NCBI GenBank assembly: GCA_038206105.1
Contig: JBBRBF010000001.1
Span: forward strand, 268 to 64,267
Reading direction: 5' to 3'
Length of the DNA stretch: 64,000 nucleotides
Source: Actinomycetales bacterium
GTDB taxonomy: Bacteria > Actinomycetota > Actinomycetes > Actinomycetales > JBBRBF01
Part shown: positions 56,455 through 64,000 of the stretch, piece after piece
Layout: each line of letters starts with the position of its first letter
Position numbering within the stretch: position 1 is the stretch's first letter
The notes under the pieces: model-generated
The model's database searches: none
What the model saw: the letters and a program-made list of their open reading frames with translations, nothing else
What the model was told of the DNA's origin: nothing
Position numbers and translations under genes: made by a program

Positions 56455-56844
56455 TCATCGGGTGCCCATCAGATGCTGACCCGCTTCCGGCTCGACGGTG
56501 GGTGGTGGGACGGCGTGCTGCTCGACGTACGTACGGACCGCCGAGAGCTCCAGGGGGCCGCGCTCGCGCAGGGCCCGGACGAACGCCCGGCGGCGGACCG
56601 CGACCTCGAGGCACCCCGGGTCGAGGTGCAGCCAGGCACCTCGGCCGGGGAGCCGCCGACGCGGGTCCGGGATGGCAGCACGCTCGGTGCCGGCCCCGGC
56701 CGCGACGACGCGCAGCAGCCGTGACCGCTCGCTGCGCTGCCGACACCCCACACACGTCCGCACCGGTCCGGTGGGGCCCTCCTGAGGGAGGTCCACCCCG
56801 GGCCGCGCAGGCACCGTGGGACGACGGACGCCTCGTCCGGTCAC
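56455..56844 (-). CDS. ylxR: YlxR/DUF448 family protein
   Basis: Contains RTCVGCRQR...LLRVV. It sits in the conserved position between nusA and infB. Confidence 0.7.
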   Translation of the reverse strand: MTGRGVRRPTVPARPGVDLPQEGPTGPVRTCVGCRQRSERSRLLRVVAAGAGTERAAIPDPRRRLPGRGAWLHLDPGCLEVAVRRRAFVRALRERGPLELSAVRTYVEQHAVPPPTVEPEAGQHLMGTR

Positions 56845-56851
56845 GGCCAGT

Positions 56852-57943
56852 CTAGCGCGCCTCGGCGTCGCCGCTGTTCCCGGCGGGCGGCACCGGGGCT
56901 GCGCCGGCGCTCTCGACGTCGGTGGCGGGCCCGGTGTCGGCCGGGCCGGCGCTCAGCACAGCGGGGGCCTCGTCGGTGGGTGCGGTGTCCGGCCGGATGT
57001 CGATCCGCCAGCCGGTGAGCTTCGCCGCGAGCCGCGCGTTCTGCCCCTCCTTGCCGATCGCGAGGCTGAGCTGGTAGTCGGGCACGACGACCCGCGCGGA
57101 CCGGGCCTCGGCGTCCACGACCGTCACCGAGCTCACGCGCGCCGGGGACAGGGCCTGGGCGACGAACCCGGCGGGGTCCTCGTCGTGGTCGACGATGTCG
57201 ATCTTCTCGCCGTGCAGCTCGGCCATCACGGCCCGTACCCGCTGCCCCAACGGCCCGATGCAGGCGCCCTTGGGGTTCACCCCCGGCACGGTCGACCGCA
57301 CCGCGATCTTGGTGCGGTGGCCGGCCTCACGCGCCACCGCCTCGATCGACACGGTGCCGTCGGCCACCTCGGGCACCTCCAGGGCGAACAGGCGCCGCAC
57401 GAGGTCGGGGTGTGTTCGCGACAGCGTGATCGAGGGGCCCTTCGGGCCCTTGCGGACGGCGACGACGAAGCAGCGCAGCCTCGACCCGTGCGCGTAGTGC
57501 TCCCCGGCCACCTGCTCCGACGGCGGCAGCAGCCCCTCGACGCTGCCGAGGTCGATGTGGACCATCCGGGGGTCGCGGCCCTGCTGCACGATGCCGGCGA
57601 CGACGTCCCCCTCGCGGCCCCGGAACTCCCCCAGCACGGCCTCGTCCTCCACGTCGCGGAGCCGCTGCAGGATCACCTGCTTCGCGGTGGTGGCGGCGAT
57701 CCGGCCGAAGCCGGCCGGGGTGTCGTCGTACTCGCGGAGCACCTCGCCCGACTCGTCGGTCTCGGCGGCCCAGACGACGACGTGGCCGCTCTTGCGGTCG
57801 AGCTCGACGCGGGCGTGCGGCTGCGCGCCCTCGGTGTGGTGGTAGGCCGAGAGCATCGCCTGCTCGATCGCCCGCACGAGGACGTCGAACGGCACCTCCT
57901 TCTCGCGCTCCAGCATCCGCAGCGCGGCCAGGTCGATGTCCAC
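56852..57943 (-). CDS. nusA: Transcription termination/antitermination factor NusA
   Basis: The GTG at 57943 lies 6 nt after [26 protein letters not shown]..., then S1 and two KH domains. The long upstream part of track ORF 56852..58894 is an artefact. Confidence 0.9.
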   Translation of the reverse strand: MDIDLAALRMLEREKEVPFDVLVRAIEQAMLSAYHHTEGAQPHARVELDRKSGHVVVWAAETDESGEVLREYDDTPAGFGRIAATTAKQVILQRLRDVEDEAVLGEFRGREGDVVAGIVQQGRDPRMVHIDLGSVEGLLPPSEQVAGEHYAHGSRLRCFVVAVRKGPKGPSITLSRTHPDLVRRLFALEVPEVADGTVSIEAVAREAGHRTKIAVRSTVPGVNPKGACIGPLGQRVRAVMAELHGEKIDIVDHDEDPAGFVAQALSPARVSSVTVVDAEARSARVVVPDYQLSLAIGKEGQNARLAAKLTGWRIDIRPDTAPTDEAPAVLSAGPADTGPATDVESAGAAPVPPAGNSGDAEAR

Positions 57944-57945
57944 CG

Positions 57946-58560
57946 TCAGTCCTCCGTGCTCTCGGTCTGCTGTGCGGTTTCGTCGGCCTGCACCTCGGCC
58001 TGCACCTCGGCCTGCACCTCGGCCCGCTCCTCGGGGTCGTCCTCGGGCTCGTGGTCGGGCTCGTGGTAGGGCTCGTCCGCGGCCGCACGGTTCAGCTCGA
58101 CCTGCACCTGGCCGCGACCCAGGTCGGGCCAGGCCACGCGGTGGCTGCCGCCGTCGTCCAGCACGACCCCGGCGGCGTCGACCGCGGTGACTCGCCCGGT
58201 GACCCGCCGCTCGGCGTCCGCCTCGGTGACGACGACCGAGACCAGGCGCCCGCGGGCACGCTGCCAGTGGCGTCGTTCCGTCAGCGGGCGGTCGACTCCC
58301 GGGGTCGTGACCTCCAGCACGTACGGATGGCCGCCGAGGGCGGAACGCGGCGTGGCGTCGAGCGCGGCGGACACCGCGCGGGACACCTCGGCGACCCGGT
58401 CGAGGTCGAGGCCGCCCTCGACGTCCCCGGGGAGGTCCACCACCACCCGCACGACGCGGCGCCGGCCGGCGGGGGTGACAGCGACCGCTTCGAGGACCAA
58501 CCCCTCGGCGTCGACCACCGGGCCGAGCAGCGCGTGCACGCGCTCGGTCTGCGTCATCAC
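57946..58560 (-). CDS. rimP: Ribosome maturation factor RimP with acidic repeat tail
   Basis: [16 protein letters not shown]...[12 protein letters not shown]. The C-terminal [12 protein letters not shown] is encoded by a 12-bp x3 tandem repeat at 57985-58020. Confidence 0.85.
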   Translation of the reverse strand: MMTQTERVHALLGPVVDAEGLVLEAVAVTPAGRRRVVRVVVDLPGDVEGGLDLDRVAEVSRAVSAALDATPRSALGGHPYVLEVTTPGVDRPLTERRHWQRARGRLVSVVVTEADAERRVTGRVTAVDAAGVVLDDGGSHRVAWPDLGRGQVQVELNRAAADEPYHEPDHEPEDDPEERAEVQAEVQAEVQADETAQQTESTED

Positions 58561-58683
58561 GGACCTCCGGCGCGTCTGATGTTGTCGTCACCCGCCCGCG
58601 ACCAGCGACGGACGACGGTGCCCCGTGCCGCCCGGGGGCACCGACGACCCTAGTCCGCGTCGCCGGGGTGCCGGTGCCCGGCC

Positions 58684-59778
58684 GTGCGAGGATCGGCCCT
58701 CGTGAAGGCCGCGTCGGTGGGGGTGGAGCGCCCGGGCAGGCCGACGCGACGCACGGTGGTGCTCGGCGGTGCGGCCGCGGCCGTGGCGGGGTGCGGGATC
58801 GACCTCGGCGCCGCCCGACGCGACGACGGCGTGCCGGCACCCCGGCGGCCGGACCGGGACGAACGGGCCCGCCGACGCGCGGTCGAGGACGCACGAGCCC
58901 TGCTCGCCGTCACCGCCGCCGTACCGCCGGTGGACGACGGGGCGGTCGCGTCGCTGCTCGCCGAGGTCGCCGCCGTGTGCGGCCGGCACCTGGTGGCGCT
59001 GCGCCCGGCCGGGGCCGCGACGGACCCCAGCACCGACCCGTCGACTGGTCTGCCGACCGGTCTGCCCACTGCTGAGCCCAGTGCTCAGCCCACCGCCCAG
59101 CCCACCGCTCGGCCGACCGACCCGCCGCAGCCGCCGGACGTCGTCGCGCGGCTCGGCGCCGCGACCGCCACGGCGCTGCGGGACGCCGCCCGAGCCGGCG
59201 GGCCGACCGCCCGGCTGCTGGCGTCCGTGGGCGCCGCCCGGGCGGTGCTGGCTGCGCGGCTCGCCGCGGCCGTCGGGATCTCCGCGCCGGCGCGTCCGGT
59301 CACCGACGACGACGGCGCCACCGCTGCCACCACGCCCGACGCCCCCTCGGCGGCGACCGCTGCGGTCACCGGCGAGCGTGCGGCGGCGTACGGCTACGGC
59401 GTGCTCGCGACCCGCCTGGGCGGGCAGGCACGCGAGCGCGCCGTGACCGTGCTGGGGGAGCACACGCGGGCCGCCGATGCCCTGGCCGCGGCGGCCCAGC
59501 GGGCCGGGGCCGAGGTGGCCGCAACCGCGGCACCGCCGGCCTGGCAGGTGCCCGGCCCCGTCGCCGACACGGCGGCCGCGGTCGCGCTGGCCACCGACCT
59601 GGAGCAGCGGACCGCAGCCGCGCACGCCGACCTCGTGGCCGCATCGGCCGGCGGGCTGCGCGCCGCCGCCGTCGAGGCCCTGGTCGCCGCGGCCGGGCGC
59701 CGCGCCGCGTGGACCGGGACCGTCGAGGCGCTCCCCGGCCTGCGCGAGCCCGCGGAGCCGGCCGCACCCACCGGCTGA
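58684..59778 (+). CDS. Tat-type lipoprotein, ferritin-like DUF4439-type (tentative)
   Basis: [17 protein letters not shown] combines a twin-arginine motif with a lipobox. The protein has two Ala-rich helical halves. The family call is from memory and weak. An alternative start is GTG 58702. Confidence 0.45.
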   Translation: MRGSALVKAASVGVERPGRPTRRTVVLGGAAAAVAGCGIDLGAARRDDGVPAPRRPDRDERARRRAVEDARALLAVTAAVPPVDDGAVASLLAEVAAVCGRHLVALRPAGAATDPSTDPSTGLPTGLPTAEPSAQPTAQPTARPTDPPQPPDVVARLGAATATALRDAARAGGPTARLLASVGAARAVLAARLAAAVGISAPARPVTDDDGATAATTPDAPSAATAAVTGERAAAYGYGVLATRLGGQARERAVTVLGEHTRAADALAAAAQRAGAEVAATAAPPAWQVPGPVADTAAAVALATDLEQRTAAAHADLVAASAGGLRAAAVEALVAAAGRRAAWTGTVEALPGLREPAEPAAPTG

Positions 59779-59817
59779 GAGACACCGGCACGCGCGAGGC
59801 CACCCCGCCGGGCGCTC

Positions 59818-60990
59818 GTGCGCCGTAGCGTGACCCGCGTGACGGTCGTCGCGCGCGCCGCCCGCCGACGCCGTGCGGTCGCCGTCGTCGTCGCGCTGCT
59901 CGTGGCCGCGCTGCCAGCGGCTGCGACCGCCGGAGCGGGCCTGCTGCGCACCCAGCCGACGGCCGCCACGCCGGCGCCCCGCGACCTGCTCGCGAGCATC
60001 CGTGCGTCCGACACCGTCCCGCACTCCGGGCTGGTCGAGGCGCGGGCCGCCGTGGGTCTGCCCGACCTGCCGCGGCTGGGGCGGGTGGCCCGCCTGCTCG
60101 GGGGCACGACCCGGGCCCGGGTCTGGTGGGGCTCGCCGACGCGGTGGCGGGTCGACCGGCTCACCGCCACCGGCGAGCACGGCCTCTACGCGGCCGGCCG
60201 CGCGGTAGCCGCCTGGGACTACGAGGACGCCGAGCTGCGCTTCGTGGTCGGCGAACCGCAGGTCCGGTTGCCACGCGTCGACGACCTGCTGCCCCCGCAG
60301 GCCGCCCGGCGCCTCGTCGGCGGCGTCGGGCCGGCGGACACCGTCGAGGCCGTCGGACGGTCATGTGTCGCCGGCCGCGCCACGGCGGGGGTGCGCGTGG
60401 TTCCCGCCGACCCGGCCGGCACGCTCGGCCGCGTCGACGTCTGGGTTGACGAGGCCACCGGCCTGCCGCTGCGCCTCGACGTCCTGGACCGCGCCGGCCA
60501 GGTGAGCCTGACGACCCGGTTCCTCGACGTCTCGCTCGGGCCCCCGGACCCGGACGACCTGGCGGTCCCGGAGGCGCCCGGCGCCGAGCGGGAGGTGACG
60601 TCGACACCCGACCTCGCCGCCGCCGTCGCCGACCGTTCCGCGTTCCCGCTGCCCCGCAGCCTGGCCGGCCTCCCGGCGTCCACACCGCCGGCGGCCGGCA
60701 CGCAGCAGTACGGCGACGGCCTGGCCCGCCTCGTGCTGCTGCCGCTCCCCGGCCACCTCACGCGCGACATCTACCGCGGCGCCCGCGACGCGGGCGGACA
60801 GGAGCTCGACGTCCCGGGCGGGCGCGTCGTGCTGCTGCGGCGCGGTGTCGTGTCGGCCGCCGTCGTGCGCCAGCCGCTCGTGGACCACGAGCACGGCTTC
60901 CTGCTCGCCGGCCTCGTCACGCCGCAGACCCTCGAGACCGCCGCCCGCGACCTGCTCGCCGACCCCCCGCGGCGCCGGGACCGCTCGTGA
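59818..60990 (+). CDS. Secreted protein, possibly LolA/RseB-like fold
   Basis: Has an N-terminal signal/anchor (AVAVVVALLVAALPAAATA). It is translationally coupled to the downstream ABC ATPase. The fold assignment is a guess. Confidence 0.3.
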   Translation: MRRSVTRVTVVARAARRRRAVAVVVALLVAALPAAATAGAGLLRTQPTAATPAPRDLLASIRASDTVPHSGLVEARAAVGLPDLPRLGRVARLLGGTTRARVWWGSPTRWRVDRLTATGEHGLYAAGRAVAAWDYEDAELRFVVGEPQVRLPRVDDLLPPQAARRLVGGVGPADTVEAVGRSCVAGRATAGVRVVPADPAGTLGRVDVWVDEATGLPLRLDVLDRAGQVSLTTRFLDVSLGPPDPDDLAVPEAPGAEREVTSTPDLAAAVADRSAFPLPRSLAGLPASTPPAAGTQQYGDGLARLVLLPLPGHLTRDIYRGARDAGGQELDVPGGRVVLLRRGVVSAAVVRQPLVDHEHGFLLAGLVTPQTLETAARDLLADPPRRRDRS

Positions 60991-61955
60991 GCGGCGTCCC
61001 GGTGATCCGCTCCCACGCGTTGACGAAGCGGTTCGGCCGGGTGGTCGCGGTCGACGGCATCGACCTCGACGTGCGCGAGGGCGACCGCTACGGGTTCCTC
61101 GGACCCAACGGCTCGGGCAAGACCACGACGGTGCGGATGCTCCTCGGGCTCGTGTTCGCCACCAGCGGCACCGCGGAGGTGCTGGGTCACCGGGTGCCGG
61201 GGCGTGTCGCGGCGGCGCTGCCGGACATCGGTGCCGTCGTGGAGGGCCCGGCCGCCTACGCGCACCTGTCCGCGCGCACGAACCTGGCTCTCATCGACGC
61301 CAGCGGGCCGCCCGGCCGCGCCGGCCGGCGCACCCGCCGGCGACGGATCGATGCGGTGCTCGAGACCGTGGGCCTGGCCGACGTGGGACGACGTCCGGTG
61401 CGCGCCTACTCCCTCGGCATGCGCCAGCGGCTCGGGCTCGCCGCCGCCCTGCTGCGCGCCCCCCGGCTCCTCGTGCTCGACGAGCCGACGAACGGGCTGG
61501 ACCCCCGCGGGATCCACGACGTGCGCGAGCTGCTGGCGCGGCTCAACGCAGCCGGCACGACGGTGTTCATGTCCAGCCACCTGCTCGCCGAGGTGGACCG
61601 GCTGTGCACCCGGGTGGGGGTGATGGACGCCGGCCGCCTCGTGCTGCAGGACGACCTCGGCGCGCTACGCGGGCCGACCGGGCGCGTGCTGGTGCGCGTC
61701 GACGACCCGGTGACGGCGGTGCGGGCCCTCGACGGGCACGTCGTGGACCGCGACGGATCGCGGCTCGTCACCGAGCGCTCGTCCGTGGCCGACGTCGTGG
61801 CTGCGCTCGTGCGGGTCGGGGTTCGTGTGGACGAGGCGACGCGGGAGCACCGCACGCTGGAGCAGACCGTGCTCGCCGTCACCGGGCACGGCTCCGACCG
61901 GGTCGACCGTGCCACCGGCCCGAACCGGCCGCTCGCGGAGCGGAGCCCGTCGTGA
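60987..61955 (+). CDS. ABC transporter ATP-binding protein
   Basis: Walker A GPNGSGKTT, signature YSLGMRQR, and Walker B LLVLDEPTNGLD. Confidence 0.85.
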   Translation: MSGVPVIRSHALTKRFGRVVAVDGIDLDVREGDRYGFLGPNGSGKTTTVRMLLGLVFATSGTAEVLGHRVPGRVAAALPDIGAVVEGPAAYAHLSARTNLALIDASGPPGRAGRRTRRRRIDAVLETVGLADVGRRPVRAYSLGMRQRLGLAAALLRAPRLLVLDEPTNGLDPRGIHDVRELLARLNAAGTTVFMSSHLLAEVDRLCTRVGVMDAGRLVLQDDLGALRGPTGRVLVRVDDPVTAVRALDGHVVDRDGSRLVTERSSVADVVAALVRVGVRVDEATREHRTLEQTVLAVTGHGSDRVDRATGPNRPLAERSPS

Positions 61956-62767
61956 TCGTCGTCGAGATCCGCAAGGTGCTCCAGCGGCCCCGCACCTGGG
62001 TGACCGTGCTGCTGCTGTGCCTGCTGCCCACGCTCGTGGCCGTGCTGCTGGCGGTGACCGACATCGGTCCGCGCCCCGGCGAGGGTGGCCCCGCGCTGCT
62101 CTCCGCCGTGCTGGGCAACGGTGAGCTGTTTCCCGCCGCGGCGCTCGCGATCGTGCTGCCGGTGTTCCTGCCCGTGGCCGTCGCGGTCGTCGCCGGCGAC
62201 GCGGTCGCCGGCGAGGCGTCGGCCGGCACCCTGCGCTACCTGCTCGTGCGGCCGGTGGGCCGGACCCGGCTGCTGCTCGCCAAGCTCGTCGCAGTCTGCG
62301 TCTTCGTGCTGCTCGCGGTCACGGCGGTGGCCGCCAGCGCGTACGTCGTGGGTACGGCGCTGCTCGGCGACGGCTCGACCCGGCCGACGACGACGATCTC
62401 CGGGACGCCCCTGTCCACCGGCGAGCTCGCCTGGCGGACGGTGCTCGTCGTCGGCTACGTCGCGTGGTCGATGCTCGGCGTCGCGGCCGTCTCGCTGTTC
62501 CTGTCCACGCTGACCGACTCGGCGCTGGCCGCCGCGATGGGAGGGCTCGCGGTGCTCGTGTCGAGCACGGTCCTCGTCGCCCTCGACGCCGCGGAAGCCG
62601 TCCGCGACTACCTGCCGACGCGCTACTGGCTCGCGTGGGTCGACCTGTTCCGCGACCCGATGCTGCTGCACGACGTGCAGCGCGGCCTGCTCGTGCAGGG
62701 TGGCTGGGTCGTCGTCATGCTCGTCGCGGCGTGGGCGAGCTTCACCACGCGTGACGTCACGAGCTGA
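61952..62767 (+). CDS. ABC-2 type transporter permease
   Basis: The GTG at 61952 overlaps the ATPase stop. Six hydrophobic segments. Confidence 0.65.
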   Translation: MIVVEIRKVLQRPRTWVTVLLLCLLPTLVAVLLAVTDIGPRPGEGGPALLSAVLGNGELFPAAALAIVLPVFLPVAVAVVAGDAVAGEASAGTLRYLLVRPVGRTRLLLAKLVAVCVFVLLAVTAVAASAYVVGTALLGDGSTRPTTTISGTPLSTGELAWRTVLVVGYVAWSMLGVAAVSLFLSTLTDSALAAAMGGLAVLVSSTVLVALDAAEAVRDYLPTRYWLAWVDLFRDPMLLHDVQRGLLVQGGWVVVMLVAAWASFTTRDVTS

Positions 62768-62812
62768 GCAGCCCACGCGCCCGTGCCGTCGGTGCCACGG
62801 TGCGCCCGCGCC

Positions 62813-63598
62813 TCAGCCGGCGGCCGCGCGCAGCGACGCGCACTCGTCCGGGTCCGGGGCCGCGGCGAGCCCCTGCGGGCCGAGGGCACGCGCCAGCAGC
62901 GCGCGCACGAGCGGGTCGGTCGGCAGGTCGCCGTGGCCGACCTGCTGCCCCGGGCAGACCTGCTGCAGCTCGACGTTGACGGCGCCGTCGAGGCGCGCGG
63001 TGGTCGGCGGGGTGGCGACCTGGTCCGAGTCGGTCCACATGGAGGTCCACGCCGGTCCCGCCGGGGTCTCCGGCAGGTCGTCCAGCAGGGGGCTGCCCGG
63101 CACGAGCTGACGACAGGCCGGCGGGCAGGACGAGGGCAGCACGGCGGCGAGCGCCGCGACGTCGGTGCCGTGGTGCGGCGACCCGAGCGTGACGACGCGG
63201 CGCGCGACCGCGTCGCCGCCGAGCTCGGCGACCCACAGCCGGGCCACGACGCCGCCGGCGGAGTAGCCCACGACGTCGACGGAGGGGGCACCGGCGGCGC
63301 TCGCGGCGTCAGCGGCCCGGGCCAGCGTCGCGGCCTGCTCGCGCAGGTCACCGGTGCCGTCGCCTGCGGGGGTGACGACGACCGCCTCCCGGCCGGAGGC
63401 CCGCAGCCGGGCCGCGAGCGCGACGAGGGGCTCGGTGCCGCCGCCGTACCCGGGCACGAGAAGCACCGGGCCCGGCGGTGCGGCAGCCGCCGTGACCGAG
63501 TCCTCGCCCCGCGGCAGCAGCGCCAGCACCGTTCCGGCGACGGCGAGGACCACGGCGACCAGCGCCGCGACCACGGCCACCCGTCGCCGCGGGCTCAC
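62813..63598 (-). CDS. Secreted alpha/beta hydrolase (lipase/esterase-like)
   Basis: Starting from GTG 63598: N-terminal anchor, LLVPGYGGG, and nucleophile elbow GYSAGG. Confidence 0.6.
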   Translation of the reverse strand: MSPRRRVAVVAALVAVVLAVAGTVLALLPRGEDSVTAAAAPPGPVLLVPGYGGGTEPLVALAARLRASGREAVVVTPAGDGTGDLREQAATLARAADAASAAGAPSVDVVGYSAGGVVARLWVAELGGDAVARRVVTLGSPHHGTDVAALAAVLPSSCPPACRQLVPGSPLLDDLPETPAGPAWTSMWTDSDQVATPPTTARLDGAVNVELQQVCPGQQVGHGDLPTDPLVRALLARALGPQGLAAAPDPDECASLRAAAG

Positions 63599-64000
63599 AC
63601 GCCGCGCCAGCGGTCGACGACGGCGAGCACCTCGGACAGCCGGTGGACGACGGCGTCCGGGACGACGTCGACCGGCACCTGCTCTCGGGCGGGGATGTCG
63701 GAGTGGGGCACGAGCACGGCCCGCATCCCGGCGCGCTGCGCGCCGTGGACGTCCTCGTAGGGGCGGTCGCCGACGTACACGACCCGGGCGGGGTCGTCGG
63801 CCCCCACCGCGTCCAGTGCCGCCGCGAACGCGTCGGGGTGCGGCTTCACGTACCCGATCTCGGAGGAGTAGACGTCGCCGTCGAGCAGGTCGAGGACGCC
63901 GTCCCGGGCGAACAGCGCCCGGTGGTAGTCCCTGGTCCACAGGGTGTTCGACAGCACCCCGACGGCGACCCCTCGGTCCCGCAGGCCCCGCCACAGGTCG
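63595..64000 (-). CDS. HAD family hydrolase, 5' end beyond the window
   Basis: The reading frame stays open to the window edge (…GVAVGVLSNTLW…). Contains KPHPDAF and YVGDRPYEDVHGAQRAGMRAV (HAD motifs III/IV). Confidence 0.6.
   Translation of the reverse strand, partial: DLWRGLRDRGVAVGVLSNTLWTRDYHRALFARDGVLDLLDGDVYSSEIGYVKPHPDAFAAALDAVGADDPARVVYVGDRPYEDVHGAQRAGMRAVLVPHSDIPAREQVPVDVVPDAVVHRLSEVLAVVDRWRGV

Noticed and set aside
1-64000. Mobile elements, prophage, integrative island, tRNA/rRNA genes
   Set aside because: I recognised no transposase, integrase, recombinase or phage structural sequences in any frame, no terminal inverted repeats, and no tRNA-like lower-GC cloverleaf segments in the intergenic gaps.

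Overview
This is a very high-G+C (by eye over 70 %) actinobacterial chromosome segment. Gene content and order suggest a Micrococcales/Cellulomonas-like organism, but that is inference only. I could not run any searches, so all family names come from reading the translated ORFs. I call about 60 protein genes. I found no rRNA or tRNA genes, no transposase, integrase or phage genes, and no CRISPR array.

Most of the window is conserved housekeeping backbone:
- rimP-nusA-ylxR-infB-DUF503-rbfA-truB, then ribF, rpsO-pnp-M16 peptidase
- an FMN-riboswitch-controlled ribE-ribBA-ribH operon, then dapB and thyX
- class II DAHP synthase, and the metF / GGPP synthase / Rv2175c-like / PknL-like block known from mycobacteria

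The more accessory content is:
- carotenoid genes split over three loci: crtA-like-DUF4126-cruF-like-GT2, a crtD-like desaturase, and crtE-crtI-crtB; no cyclase is present
- a MASE1-PAS-GGDEF-EAL protein
- a xanthine-dehydrogenase operon with an embedded deaminase
- a decayed secreted-protein pseudogene
- an orphan 777-aa secreted coiled-coil protein

The best candidate for something undescribed is at the left end. A perfect actinobacterial LexA SOS box (TCGAACACGTGTTCGA) sits just downstream of a plausible promoter that reads into an isolated two-gene module (DUF6504-like plus SAV_6107-type HEPN) of unknown function. A 7 x 20-bp phased palindromic repeat array lies next to it.

Other structures not explained by the gene calls:
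- a phased GTCAC array between the Rv2175c-like DNA-binding gene and a LysM-transglycosylase/PASTA-kinase pair
- a 20-bp palindrome in the crtE promoter
- a repeat-encoded 33-codon sORF coupled by GTGA overlaps on both sides
- duplicated hairpin units after infB
- an SD-sequestering hairpin in the pnp leader

Many long ORFs in the six-frame track are antisense artefacts of the G+C content, and I rejected them.
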